Source: a virus
Reading direction: 5' to 3' (one strand)
IMG/VR virus record: IMGVR_UViG_3300023110_000006
Length of the DNA: 64,000 bases
Part shown: in pieces, positions 1-9,669 of the stretch
Layout of the letters: every line of letters begins with the position of its first letter
How positions within the stretch are numbered: position 1 is the stretch's first letter
Notes under the pieces: model-generated
Database searches by the model: none
What the model was told of the DNA's origin: nothing
The model's input: only the letters and a program-made list of their open reading frames with translations
Position numbers and translations under genes: made by a program

Positions 1-16
1 TAAGATGGGGTGAAGC

Positions 17-544
17 TCAAGCGTAAATGTTATAATTTACAATACATCTAGGCTTGTCTGTAGGATATCCACCTGCATGTAAAGTATTACCGTCAAACAA
101 TACTATACGTCCTTTTTTAGGTGACACACGTTCTATGATTTTTTCATTTTCAAAAAATACAGTGTCTCCGTCGCTGTCGTTTAGATAGTAAATTAAGCCT
201 AAATGCTCTTCTGGACGATCTGTATGCGGAGCATAATGTTCCAAACTAGTTTTGTGTGGCACAGTTATAAAAAGTCTAGCCGCAATAATATCAATTAAAT
301 TTATATCTAAATTTGCACACACAATTTGTGGTACTTTACTAAAGTTACCATAATGTTCTGTAAGTTTTGTACTGCTTTTTAAAACATGTTCAAAACTGAC
401 AGGTAAAATATTTCCGTCATACGCAGTTGGTTCATACTTACATACTAGTGGTAACATAGCATTAACATTATTATTACCAAATACAAGTGTATGGTAATAG
501 TCCTGTAAATCTAAAGGAATAATATCGTCTTTAATTACTATCAT
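17..544 (-). CDS. 2OG-Fe(II) oxygenase-like protein
   Basis: PHTD (HxD) ... IYYLNDSDGDT ... LFDGNTLHAG ... R motif set of phage 2OG-Fe(II) dioxygenases. Confidence 0.75.
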   Translation of the reverse strand: MIVIKDDIIPLDLQDYYHTLVFGNNNVNAMLPLVCKYEPTAYDGNILPVSFEHVLKSSTKLTEHYGNFSKVPQIVCANLDINLIDIIAARLFITVPHKTSLEHYAPHTDRPEEHLGLIYYLNDSDGDTVFFENEKIIERVSPKKGRIVLFDGNTLHAGGYPTDKPRCIVNYNIYA

Positions 545-1166
545 CTAAGCTATCCACAAACGCGGCTAGATTGTCAAACACTTTTGTTGCTTTTCTAATA
601 TTTTTATATGTAAATCTTTTTTTAATTAATTGTTCAGTTTCTTTACCATGTCCTGTACGTACAAGTATAGGTTTAGCACCCATTTTTAGAGCGGCCTTTA
701 AATCTCTAATTCTGTCACCTACATAATAACCCTTAGAAAATTTTACATGAGGTACTTCTTTTTCGCAACGCTTGAACATACCAGTGTTTGGTTTAGCATA
801 CATATCATTTTTTGCGCTACTTGCACTATAATACAACCCATCTATACTAGGACATCCTGCTTTGCCTAGTTCTTCAAACATATAAGTGTGTAATTTATCT
901 ACATCTTCTTGTGTGTATAATCCTTTTTCTATACCACCTTGATTTGTAATGATTACAATTTTATGACCAAGTTTACGCAATTTTACAATAGCATCTAAAC
1001 TTCCATCTTCAAATTTCCAGTCATCTTTTTTGTATACATAGTCTCCTATGTCTACATTTATAACTCCGTCTCTATCTAAACCAACTACACATTTTGGTGC
1101 AATATAGTCTGGTTTATAAAAATCGATGTCAACGTCATCACTCCATACTATCTTGGGATTGTTCAT
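531..1166 (-). CDS. gmhB: D,D-heptose 1,7-bisphosphate phosphatase (HAD family)
   Basis: LDRDGVIN, ITNQGGI, KPNTGM, VGDRIRD, VRTGHG motifs; adjacent to hldD/hldE. Confidence 0.85.
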   Translation of the reverse strand: MNNPKIVWSDDVDIDFYKPDYIAPKCVVGLDRDGVINVDIGDYVYKKDDWKFEDGSLDAIVKLRKLGHKIVIITNQGGIEKGLYTQEDVDKLHTYMFEELGKAGCPSIDGLYYSASSAKNDMYAKPNTGMFKRCEKEVPHVKFSKGYYVGDRIRDLKAALKMGAKPILVRTGHGKETEQLIKKRFTYKNIRKATKVFDNLAAFVDSLDDSN

Positions 1167-1563
1167 CTTGTATTTCTTTCAATTTTGCAGTTATTTCTCC
1201 TTGACTATCGCCAGGAATAATTCTATAGTTATCTTCTACACTATCAGCTGTACTTACTTCTGTAATACTACTTCCATCTTCTAGAGCTTCTAGTTGATGT
1301 GGTAATAGTGGAGGATTATGCCATGTGCTACCTGTAGTTAAAGTTTGACTAAACAATGTAGCAGTTTTTGTATCAATCCATCTCAATAAAAAACTACCGT
1401 TATTAACAAACCAAGTTTCGTCTTTTTCTCTGTGGAAATGCATACTAAATTTGTTTCCTTTTTTAGTAAAAACTAACATTTTACCACAGTATTTGTCATT
1501 GCTTGCCCAAATTACTTCATAACCCCAACCTTTTTCTACTTTACCATTTAATCTATCTGTCAT
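1138..1563 (-). CDS. Cupin-domain protein (sugar isomerase-like)
   Basis: KGWGYE, SMHFHREKDETW, PHQL, EVST cupin motifs. Confidence 0.7.
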   Translation of the reverse strand: MTDRLNGKVEKGWGYEVIWASNDKYCGKMLVFTKKGNKFSMHFHREKDETWFVNNGSFLLRWIDTKTATLFSQTLTTGSTWHNPPLLPHQLEALEDGSSITEVSTADSVEDNYRIIPGDSQGEITAKLKEIQDEQSQDSME

Positions 1564-2386
1564 TTATCCATTCCTTTGTTGTAGTGAATTTAAATTCACC
1601 AATAGTTTTTAGTAACTTGTCATTATTACTACACGTATAATTTTGATATTGATTTTTTAATATATCAGGCATTGGTATTGGGTTTATCTTTGCATCATAT
1701 TTCTCTGCAATATCTTCTGCAATACTTTGAAAACTTGTTGCTACACCAGTACCACAATTCCATATACCACTTTCGTCAATATCTAATAATTTTTCTACAA
1801 TTTTACAAACATCACCAACATATATAAAATCTCTTTTGTAGTTTGCACTATTTTCAAAAGGTTGTACAATACCTTTAGTTTGAGCTTGTTCAGTAAATTT
1901 ATGAAATACACTCATTTGATTGCCTTTGTGTTCTTCATGCTCTCCATAAACATTGAAGAAACGTAGTCCTTGTATTTTACATTTATATTGTTCCCAATCT
2001 AACAGCGTTATACTTCGGTCAAATAAGTATTTGCTCCATGCATAAGGGCTTTGTGGTTGTAAAGGCCCATCTTCTGTAAAATGCTGTGTATCTCCATATA
2101 CGCTGGCACTAGATGCATACAGAAAATCAACACCCTGCATGTCACAAACTTGTAATAATCTATGACTAAAATCTAAGTTGTATTGTAATATTTTTTCAAC
2201 ATCTCTTTCTGTTGTGCTACTAATTGCACCCATGTGTATAACTTTATCAAATTGACTACAATCTGGCACTACATTCAATGTAGGTTCATTGTATTCAGCA
2301 ATGCCGTGTCCTTTAGACATAAGGTAATTTTTTAAATTTTTACCAATAAAACCTGCGGCACCAGTAATTAAAATTTTATAACTCAT
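1553..2386 (-). CDS. hldD: ADP-L-glycero-D-manno-heptose 6-epimerase
   Basis: ITGAAGFIG, HMGAISSTTE, YASSASVYG, YAWSK, RFFNVYG, HKG, RDFIYV, YQNYT. Confidence 0.9.
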   Translation of the reverse strand: MSYKILITGAAGFIGKNLKNYLMSKGHGIAEYNEPTLNVVPDCSQFDKVIHMGAISSTTERDVEKILQYNLDFSHRLLQVCDMQGVDFLYASSASVYGDTQHFTEDGPLQPQSPYAWSKYLFDRSITLLDWEQYKCKIQGLRFFNVYGEHEEHKGNQMSVFHKFTEQAQTKGIVQPFENSANYKRDFIYVGDVCKIVEKLLDIDESGIWNCGTGVATSFQSIAEDIAEKYDAKINPIPMPDILKNQYQNYTCSNNDKLLKTIGEFKFTTTKEWINDR

Positions 2387-3521
2387 TTATTTTCTCTAAT
2401 GTTGCTGTTGTAGAAAATCCTTTTACTGTAGGAACAATATGCACTGGTGCTAAATCGTGCCCTACAATTTCTTCTACAGTGTAATCTCCGCCTTTAACTA
2501 TAAGATCAGGCTTTAATTTTTTTATTAATTCATATGGAGTATCTTCAGTAAATGTATGCACTTCGTCGATCCATGGTAGTACTTCTAGTTGTGCTACTCT
2601 TGTTGCAACATCGTTAATAGGACGATCACTTCCTTTAAGTCGTTTCACACTACCGTCACTGTTTACTCCTACTATAAGTTTATCACCTAAACTTCTAGCT
2701 TCTTTTAGTAATGTTAAATGTCCTTTATGCAAAACATCAAAACAACCATTTGTGAATACAACACGCTTTTGTAGATCTTTTTCAGTTAAAATATACGTGC
2801 CTAAATGTTTTACACTTTCAGAAGAACCTCGTATAGCAAGTTCTAAACATTTTTTATAATCGTACTCTTTAGTAAGAGCATACACAAATCCTGCTATAAA
2901 ACAATCACCTGCGCCTGTTACATCAGATACTTCAACTGTTTCTACAGACATATCATATTCTTTGTCTTCTATTTTTGCAATAACATTATTACCTGCATCT
3001 GTAGTAATGATATTGCCTTTCCACTCATCAAATTCAAAATTAGTAAATTCATTATAATTAGGTTTTACTAACCAAGCTCCTTCGTAATCATGAGCGTAAC
3101 GTTTTGGATCTACAATTATTTTACAATTAAATTTGTTAATATGTTTTATAATTTTTTTGGAATTATCTAATACACCTTTATCATAGTCACTTAAAACTAC
3201 AATATCGTAACTAGAAAAATCTGATTGTTTTATTTGCTCTAATACAGCACCCGAATCTGCATCTTTGTCATCATCTATACGTGTGATGTAATGCCCGTCA
3301 CAAATTACTCTAGTCTTAACACTGTTATGTCCTTGGTAATTAAATAGATCTACATTAACACCTAAACTTTTCAAGTTCTCGTATACTAATCCTGCACCAC
3401 CAATAGTTTCTACAATTCTTTCTTGTGATACAACAGGCACTGGTGCTTCTGGACTCAAACGTGTGCTTGTTCCATATATGTATTTGTCTATTATTATATC
3501 ACCAATTACTAAAACTTTCAT
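2376..3521 (-). CDS. hldE: Bifunctional heptose 7-phosphate kinase / heptose 1-phosphate adenylyltransferase
   Basis: RLSPEAPVPV, SDYDKG, DVTGAGD (ribokinase fold) fused to FTNGCFDVLHKGH, KGGDY. Confidence 0.9.
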   Translation of the reverse strand: MKVLVIGDIIIDKYIYGTSTRLSPEAPVPVVSQERIVETIGGAGLVYENLKSLGVNVDLFNYQGHNSVKTRVICDGHYITRIDDDKDADSGAVLEQIKQSDFSSYDIVVLSDYDKGVLDNSKKIIKHINKFNCKIIVDPKRYAHDYEGAWLVKPNYNEFTNFEFDEWKGNIITTDAGNNVIAKIEDKEYDMSVETVEVSDVTGAGDCFIAGFVYALTKEYDYKKCLELAIRGSSESVKHLGTYILTEKDLQKRVVFTNGCFDVLHKGHLTLLKEARSLGDKLIVGVNSDGSVKRLKGSDRPINDVATRVAQLEVLPWIDEVHTFTEDTPYELIKKLKPDLIVKGGDYTVEEIVGHDLAPVHIVPTVKGFSTTATLEKINEL

Positions 3522-3556
3522 AACTTATTATACTACATTTAAGAAAGTAAATCAAG
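3522..3556 (-). promoter_or_regulatory. Sigma70-type promoter directly upstream of the hldE start (leaderless)
   Basis: Minus strand TTGATT ... TATAAT, with the ATG 5 nt downstream. Confidence 0.55.
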
Positions 3557-3973
3557 CACTTTTGTTAAAGTTTCTAACTTATTTTGATTAACTTTACTAT
3601 TCAATGTATTCCGTAATCCTTGGTGTAATGGTTTAGGCCAACTTCCGCTTTTTACCCAAGCATAGCCGTCGTGTTCATCATTTAATATTGGAATAAACTC
3701 ATTATCTATAACACACAAATATGTGTGAAAGAAGAATTTTTGATCAGTTGATATAAATGTTTCTAATGGAATTGTTTTTTTAATATCAGGGATCTGTCCA
3801 ATTTCTTCTTTTATTTCACGTTTTAGTGCCTCCCAAGGAGTTTCGCTATTTTCGTTAGTACCGCCTACTAATCCCCAAACATTTTTTTGCTTAGTATTTG
3901 TCCTACGAAGTAATAGATATCTCTTTGTGGATAGAGAATAAAACAGAGTTCCACTGCAAATAATCTTGTTCAT
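3539..3973 (-). CDS. NUDIX hydrolase
   Basis: GG-x5-E-x5-ALKREIKEEIG Nudix box; LNDEHDGYAW. Confidence 0.85.
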   Translation of the reverse strand: MNKIICSGTLFYSLSTKRYLLLRRTNTKQKNVWGLVGGTNENSETPWEALKREIKEEIGQIPDIKKTIPLETFISTDQKFFFHTYLCVIDNEFIPILNDEHDGYAWVKSGSWPKPLHQGLRNTLNSKVNQNKLETLTKVLDLLS

Positions 3974-3981
3974 GTAATTAA

Positions 3982-5412
3982 TTAGCCGTTAAGACTTATG
4001 CGCCAAGTGCCTCTTGGATACAGACCTTCTACACTTAGTAGCCATTCTTCGCTATTCCAACGATATTGTACACCAGTATTAAGATTTGTAGTGTATGTAA
4101 CATCTGTTGTTTCGCTTGCATCAAATACTATTTGCCATTCAGTACCAGTCCACTCTATAATATCATTTTTATCAGCTAAGAAATCAGTGCCGTTACCATT
4201 TTTCCAAGCATCTGGACCATCTGTATTACTTGCATCTCCTATGCTATCTAACAATAATATCCTTGCACCAATACCTTTCATATTAGTAGGTGGTGTTTTT
4301 GTAGGATCTACAATGTAATCAATTGACGTCCATTGTGCATTTTGTCTTGCAGGACCTTCGATAATTGAATTACTAGGAAATGTATCTATATCCCAATTTA
4401 TAACCATTTCTGTTTCATCGTTTGGATTAATACTTATTGTACCTGTAACTTCTTGTGATTCATCTAATTTTCTAATATAAACTCTACTAATATCATCTTG
4501 GTATTGTCCAGGATATGATTCTAGAATTTGACGCCAATTTGATTCGCCAACTCTTCCATTTTTAACAAGTTGAATTATATTACCAGTTACATACAATCCA
4601 AATCCTTGATAAGTGGATGCAATAACTTCTGCATCTGTACCTAATGTACCTATTTCAGCAGGATTACCTGTTGCACCTGGCACTATAGAATCATCGTATC
4701 TGTTTAATTCTGGCATACTTAAACTTAAATCAATCGTTCCTGTTTTTTCATCAAATATACTTGTAATTATATTTGTGATAACACCTAAGCGTTTTACTTT
4801 TACTGGAGGTGAAATGTAAATTGGTGTACTGAAATCTAATTTTCCTACATCTATCTCACTGTCAACCCCTACAGGTATACTCCTTGTACTAAAAGTTATA
4901 CCTTCCATGTTAACTACACTTAAACTTGTCCAGTCAATATAGTTATCTGTGGTTTGTATTTCTAAACTAGGATTAAACAGCATAAGTATCTGTTCCATTA
5001 TTTGTAATTTTTGATCCGTGTTTGTTGCCCATATGTCTACACTCATACGTAATGTGTATGGACTTGGTTGAAGTCTTTCTACTGTATAATTTTTACCTTG
5101 ATAATTAAGATATTCATTATTGTTCTCGTCATATGCACGTTCTCTTATATTAACTTTATTGATATAACTTGAATCAGCAGTTCTAGTTCTGTCCATTTCT
5201 AAACCTGTAATATAAACAGCTATTCTAGGAGCAGTGGGTATTTTGTTTTCACTATTATCTCTAATAATGTTTGCAACTTGTCTTGTAAGATCTCCGTACA
5301 TAACCGGTACTTGTTTTAGTGTACCACTACCATCTTTAACAGAGAAATTACTAAACAATCTCACCATTTGTGTTACATAACGTCTTATTTGTGCATCGTA
5401 AAAATGTTGCAT
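3982..5412 (-). CDS. T4 gp15-like tail sheath stabilizer/terminator with C-terminal extension
   Basis: FYDAQIRRY, VPVMYG, PSPY, QIMEQILMLFNP motifs; adjacent to neck genes. Confidence 0.75.
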   Translation of the reverse strand: MQHFYDAQIRRYVTQMVRLFSNFSVKDGSGTLKQVPVMYGDLTRQVANIIRDNSENKIPTAPRIAVYITGLEMDRTRTADSSYINKVNIRERAYDENNNEYLNYQGKNYTVERLQPSPYTLRMSVDIWATNTDQKLQIMEQILMLFNPSLEIQTTDNYIDWTSLSVVNMEGITFSTRSIPVGVDSEIDVGKLDFSTPIYISPPVKVKRLGVITNIITSIFDEKTGTIDLSLSMPELNRYDDSIVPGATGNPAEIGTLGTDAEVIASTYQGFGLYVTGNIIQLVKNGRVGESNWRQILESYPGQYQDDISRVYIRKLDESQEVTGTISINPNDETEMVINWDIDTFPSNSIIEGPARQNAQWTSIDYIVDPTKTPPTNMKGIGARILLLDSIGDASNTDGPDAWKNGNGTDFLADKNDIIEWTGTEWQIVFDASETTDVTYTTNLNTGVQYRWNSEEWLLSVEGLYPRGTWRISLNG

Positions 5413-6569
5413 TAATTATCTGCCTTAGGTCTAAGTGCTTTTGATAAGCTCTGTCTTTCTTGGACTTGTTCACCACCAATTGTACTTGTTTTTGTATTGT
5501 TAACAAAGGTACCTTTTTGTGTATCTTTTGTATCTGTGTTTGTTAAATCTGTCCTTACACCGTCTTGTAATTTCATCCATCTATTATTTGTATATTTAAA
5601 CAATCTTTTTGGCATAAAATCTGTCCTTAAGAAGTAATCACCTTCTAATGGCTGATTAGGAAATTGAATTCCCATGCCGTAAGGTGCTCCGTTTGGCGCA
5701 TCTTCAACGCCTAACAAGTATCCTTTATATCCATGTCTATCAGGTCTATCAGCTATTTCGTCTGTAGTTGTGTTTATTCCACTAGCGTCTATATCAGTTT
5801 CATCAGCAGTTTGTAAAGCAACAGAACCATCATCATTCGTACTAAGTGTGTAAAAGTTTGTAATGTCATATCCAGATTTACTTGCATCAGCTTCAGCTTG
5901 TTCTATTACTGCATTGTTAATTTGCATTTCTTTTTCATAAGTTGAAAGCAGATCTCTAAGTGTATTATCCGAACCTTCTTCTGCAGGTAAATCAAGTATT
6001 TCTTTGAATTCTTGTGAATCAACAATTTGTTTTAATTTCATTCTATACAAATGTGGATACCAAGTTGGTGAAAATCCTTCAGCCGCTCTGTTAACATCTT
6101 CAACAACATAAAATCTTTTAAGAGCAAACGAATAGTCATTTAGTGCATATTCGTCTTTTAAATGAGGTAGTTCTATTACATCACCGCTCATAATTTTTCT
6201 ACCAAGAGTCTTTACACTACTGTTAATATGAACAGTCATAAACAGTGTATCATTTTGCAAAAATAATCCAAATTGACTAAGGTCAAAATCTATGTCATTT
6301 ACATTGTATATTGCTCTCATTGTATAGATGTCTGGATCGTATTTTCTATCTCTATTTTCTAAAAACAACATATCTTGTATATTAGTTTCTTTTACTGCAT
6401 CATATCTAGGCTGATCAGCAGTAGCATTAGCTTCATCAGGATTTGAAGGTCCTAAATACTTATGGACATGTATATCTGTACCGCCTACGGTAAACATTTC
6501 AAGGATTTGCTTGTCTAAAAAGTTGTAATCCTTGCCTTTTTCTGGTTTATATAAAGATAGTCTTGGCAT
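5412..6569 (-). CDS. T4 gp14-like neck protein
   Basis: LSQFGLFL, GDVIELPHL; position next to gp13/gp15. Start set at the ATG just after the late promoter. Confidence 0.65.
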   Translation of the reverse strand: MPRLSLYKPEKGKDYNFLDKQILEMFTVGGTDIHVHKYLGPSNPDEANATADQPRYDAVKETNIQDMLFLENRDRKYDPDIYTMRAIYNVNDIDFDLSQFGLFLQNDTLFMTVHINSSVKTLGRKIMSGDVIELPHLKDEYALNDYSFALKRFYVVEDVNRAAEGFSPTWYPHLYRMKLKQIVDSQEFKEILDLPAEEGSDNTLRDLLSTYEKEMQINNAVIEQAEADASKSGYDITNFYTLSTNDDGSVALQTADETDIDASGINTTTDEIADRPDRHGYKGYLLGVEDAPNGAPYGMGIQFPNQPLEGDYFLRTDFMPKRLFKYTNNRWMKLQDGVRTDLTNTDTKDTQKGTFVNNTKTSTIGGEQVQERQSLSKALRPKADN

Positions 6570-6574
6570 ATACA

Positions 6575-6595
6575 TATTTATCGTAACGATAAATA
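6575..6595. promoter_or_regulatory. Back-to-back T4-type late promoters (palindrome TATTTATCG-TAA-CGATAAATA)
   Basis: Perfect inverted repeat giving ATAAATA on both strands between the divergent gp14 and gp13 genes. Confidence 0.7.
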
Positions 6596-6613
6596 CTAGT
6601 GGAGAAAGTTCTT

Positions 6614-7372
6614 ATGGCTACACTAGCAACAAAAAAACAAGAAGTATATGATTATGTTTACACCCTTTTAGGCGGTGGTATGGTTGATGTGGAGTTAGAT
6701 CCTGCACATTACGAAACAGCATTAGACAAAGCACTATCAAGATTTAGACAAAGATCTGACAACTCAGTTGAAGAGTCTTATCTTTTTATGCCAACTGTAG
6801 AAGACCAGAATACATATGTTCTTCCACAAAACGTAATTGAAGTTAGAAGATTATTTAGACGTTCAATTGGTTCACGCACAGGTGGAGGCGACGGTGGTAC
6901 TTTATTCGAACCATTTAATATGGCATACACAAATACATATTTGCTTAGTTCATCTAACATGGGCGGACTTGCTACATACGATTTGTTTAGTCAATATCAA
7001 GAATTAGTAGGTAGAATGTTTGGTTCTTTTATAGAATTCAAATGGAATACAACAACTAAAGAACTGACACTTTTACAAAGACCTAGAACAGAAGAAACAC
7101 TTTTACTTTTTGCATATAACTATCGTCCAGATGAACAATTATTGGAAGATTATCTTGCAAAACAATGGATAAAAGATTATACACTTGCTACGTGTAAATA
7201 CATGCTTGGTGAAGCACGTAGTAAATTTGCTACTATTGCTGGACCACAAGGTGGATCAGCACTTAATGGTGATGCACTAAAAGCTGAAGCACAAGCTGAA
7301 ATGGAAAAATTAGAAGCAGAAGTAAGCACAGCAATACCTGGTGGCATGGGATATGGATTCACAATAGGTTAA
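6614..7372 (+). CDS. T4 gp13-like neck protein
   Basis: LGGGMVDVEL, WIKDYTLA, SKFATIAGPQGG-ALNG-L; GGAGA RBS before ATG 6614. Confidence 0.8.
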   Translation: MATLATKKQEVYDYVYTLLGGGMVDVELDPAHYETALDKALSRFRQRSDNSVEESYLFMPTVEDQNTYVLPQNVIEVRRLFRRSIGSRTGGGDGGTLFEPFNMAYTNTYLLSSSNMGGLATYDLFSQYQELVGRMFGSFIEFKWNTTTKELTLLQRPRTEETLLLFAYNYRPDEQLLEDYLAKQWIKDYTLATCKYMLGEARSKFATIAGPQGGSALNGDALKAEAQAEMEKLEAEVSTAIPGGMGYGFTIG

Positions 7373-7379
7373 AAAACAC

Positions 7380-7414
7380 TTGACAAACTAATTTTTTTAT
7401 TGTATATTTTATAC
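7380..7414 (+). promoter_or_regulatory. Sigma70-type promoter, leaderless start at ATG 7415
   Basis: TTGACA-17 nt-TATATT-6 nt-ATG. Confidence 0.7.
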
Positions 7415-8059
7415 ATGCAGTATGAAATTACACCCTTATTTTCCACACCTCTATTGAAAACACATCTAGGAGCACTTGATCCTATTACACTTGCTTGGAT
7501 GAAAAAATTAGATTATCCTAGTTCAGCTGTAGCATCTTATTCCGGAGAAGAAGAATTACCTCTAACTGAGAGAGGATTTAATGTTTTAAATCAACCTAAA
7601 CTACAAGGATTAAAAACACTTATTGAACAAGCAGTTCATTATTTTGCACACACAGTATTAGATGTTGTTGATGATGTAGACTTTACATTAACAACAAGTT
7701 GGATTAATAAAATGAATACAGGTAGTGATATTGTATTACACAATCATGCAAATGCAGTTATAAGTGGAGTGTATTATCCAGATGTAGGTCCAACTTCTAA
7801 TCCACTAACTTTTAAAAAAAATAGACAACATTTAAATAGTTTTCCAGAACATGTACGTCCGGATACTAAAGGTAATTATAATCAATATACTATAGGTGCA
7901 TGGACAGTACAGCCTATTACAGGTGATTGTTTAATATTTCCTAGTCACTTAGAACATGAAGTTGCACAAAGTTTAGATAAACAAGATAGATACAGTTTGG
8001 CATTTAATTATTTTCCAAAAGGATCGTTAGGACAAAATTCAGTAAGAGTAAACATATGA
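7415..8059 (+). CDS. Putative 2OG-Fe(II) oxygenase (TIGR02466-like)
   Basis: LFSTP, SWIN, HNHANAVISGVYY, IFPSHLEHEV, RYSLAFN. Confidence 0.8.
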   Translation: MQYEITPLFSTPLLKTHLGALDPITLAWMKKLDYPSSAVASYSGEEELPLTERGFNVLNQPKLQGLKTLIEQAVHYFAHTVLDVVDDVDFTLTTSWINKMNTGSDIVLHNHANAVISGVYYPDVGPTSNPLTFKKNRQHLNSFPEHVRPDTKGNYNQYTIGAWTVQPITGDCLIFPSHLEHEVAQSLDKQDRYSLAFNYFPKGSLGQNSVRVNI

Positions 8060-8664
8060 CAGTAACATCTTTATTTCCGATACCATTATACTACTCAAAT
8101 ATAGGTGTAGTTAATGATATGACTAAACAATGGGTCTACAAACTAGATTATCCACATGAAGCGGCAGGCCACGATCATACAGGTAATAAAAAAATATTAG
8201 ATGAAGTGCCTCTAAAAAACTTAAAAGAAAAAATTATTGATAGCTGTAATAAATTCATTACAGAAGAATTAAAAGTATCCGACGTTACTTTTGAATTACA
8301 AAACAGTTGGATTAACAGACATGATAAAGGTGAATATAATACTACTCATTGGCATAGTAATTCAATGTTAAGCGGTGTTTATTATATACAAAATGCGCCA
8401 GGCGCAGGCGATATAGTATTTCAAAAATCTCATTTATATTACAATTTATTTCATGATACTGTAAGAGTAAATTTTAAAGAGCCTAATGCATTTAACACAA
8501 ATGAATTTTATATAACACCAAACGAAGGAGACATTGTGATTTTTCCAAGTCATTTAGAACATATGGTAACGCCAAACGAAACTGATATCCCTAGATACAG
8601 TTTGGCGTTTAATTTATTTGCTAGAGGTACCGTAGGCGGCGGAACATCGGAGTTAACTGTATGA
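8056..8664 (+). CDS. Putative 2OG-Fe(II) oxygenase (TIGR02466-like), tandem paralog
   Basis: LFPIP, SWIN, HWHSNSMLSGVYY, IFPSHLEHMV, RYSLAFN. Confidence 0.8.
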   Translation: MTVTSLFPIPLYYSNIGVVNDMTKQWVYKLDYPHEAAGHDHTGNKKILDEVPLKNLKEKIIDSCNKFITEELKVSDVTFELQNSWINRHDKGEYNTTHWHSNSMLSGVYYIQNAPGAGDIVFQKSHLYYNLFHDTVRVNFKEPNAFNTNEFYITPNEGDIVIFPSHLEHMVTPNETDIPRYSLAFNLFARGTVGGGTSELTV

Positions 8665-9278
8665 GGCAAGTAATAGGTATTTGTGGATTGATCAGTAGTG
8701 GTAAAGGTACTGTTGCTGATATTTTAGTAAATGAACACAATTTTACAAAAATTAGTTTTGCTGACAAGCTCAAAGACGGTGTAGCAAGCGTATTTGGTTG
8801 GGACAGACAAATGCTAGAAGGCGACACAGAAGAAAGTAGACAATGGAGAGAAACTGTTGATAGTTTTTGGACTAAAGAAACTGGTAGAACTGTTACGCCA
8901 AGATTAATACTACAAGAATTTGGCACAGAATGTATGCGTAAAGGTTTTTATGACGGTATATGGGTAAGTGTAATCAAACAAGAAATAGTTAGAAATCCAG
9001 ATACAAATTTTGTTATTCCGGATGTGCGTTTTCCTAATGAAGCAAATATGCTTAAAACCATATATGGAGAAGTTTGGCGTGTACGTAGAGGTCCTGATCC
9101 TGTATGGTTTAGAATGTACCAAGATATAGGGGTGGAACCGAAAGAAATACACGAATCAGAATGGCGCTGGGCTAATGTTGCATTCAATGAAGTTATTGAA
9201 AACCAAGGAACTATTGAACAACTTAAAAGTCAGGTAAAAGGTCGCCTTGTTTCCAACGGATCCCTTGTTTCTGCATAA
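8661..9278 (+). CDS. Deoxynucleoside monophosphate kinase (T4 gp1-like)
   Basis: GLISSGKGT P-loop, SFADKLK, TPRLILQEFGTE, DVRFPNE, HESE. Confidence 0.9.
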   Translation: MRQVIGICGLISSGKGTVADILVNEHNFTKISFADKLKDGVASVFGWDRQMLEGDTEESRQWRETVDSFWTKETGRTVTPRLILQEFGTECMRKGFYDGIWVSVIKQEIVRNPDTNFVIPDVRFPNEANMLKTIYGEVWRVRRGPDPVWFRMYQDIGVEPKEIHESEWRWANVAFNEVIENQGTIEQLKSQVKGRLVSNGSLVSA

Positions 9279-9561
9279 GTCTTTGACAGTTAGCACATAT
9301 TGTTTTTAGATTCATAGGCAAGCAATTATTTAGATCACCATCTATGTGAAACACATTAAACTGCTCTTTGTGCTTACTTTTAAAATTGCATTTTTCACAT
9401 ACATCCTTTTTTACATAGCCGGCCATTTTCCATTTAGGAATACCGTACCCTACGTGTCCATGCTTCAAACAAATTTCACACTTTTTTCTATAAAAGGTTC
9501 TGCCATTCTTTTTATAATTAATTGCCGCAGGTCTTTGTTTGCATATACATAATGGTCTCAT
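9223..9561 (-). CDS. Small Zn-binding HNH-like protein
   Basis: Several CxxC pairs and HIDGDLNN...NLKTICANC. Confidence 0.65.
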   Translation of the reverse strand: MRPLCICKQRPAAINYKKNGRTFYRKKCEICLKHGHVGYGIPKWKMAGYVKKDVCEKCNFKSKHKEQFNVFHIDGDLNNCLPMNLKTICANCQRLMQKQGIRWKQGDLLPDF

Positions 9562-9669
9562 AACGTATTTACCACACCTTTATAACCCCTTTTTCTGGGT
9601 GTATTTTAGGTAATCTTTATCGAATTCATATAAATACATTAGAACACTTTATTTGAAGGAGAAACTATC

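Noticed and set aside
531-3521. Host chromosomal LPS locus (prophage boundary or chimera)
   Set aside because: Same composition, GCWGC avoidance and promoter style as the adjacent virion genes, with no integrase or att site; these are phage genes.
9223-9561. Mobile homing endonuclease or intron
   Set aside because: Very small, interrupts no gene, no intron structure is evident, and it lacks the final HNH His; treated as a resident Zn/HNH-like gene.
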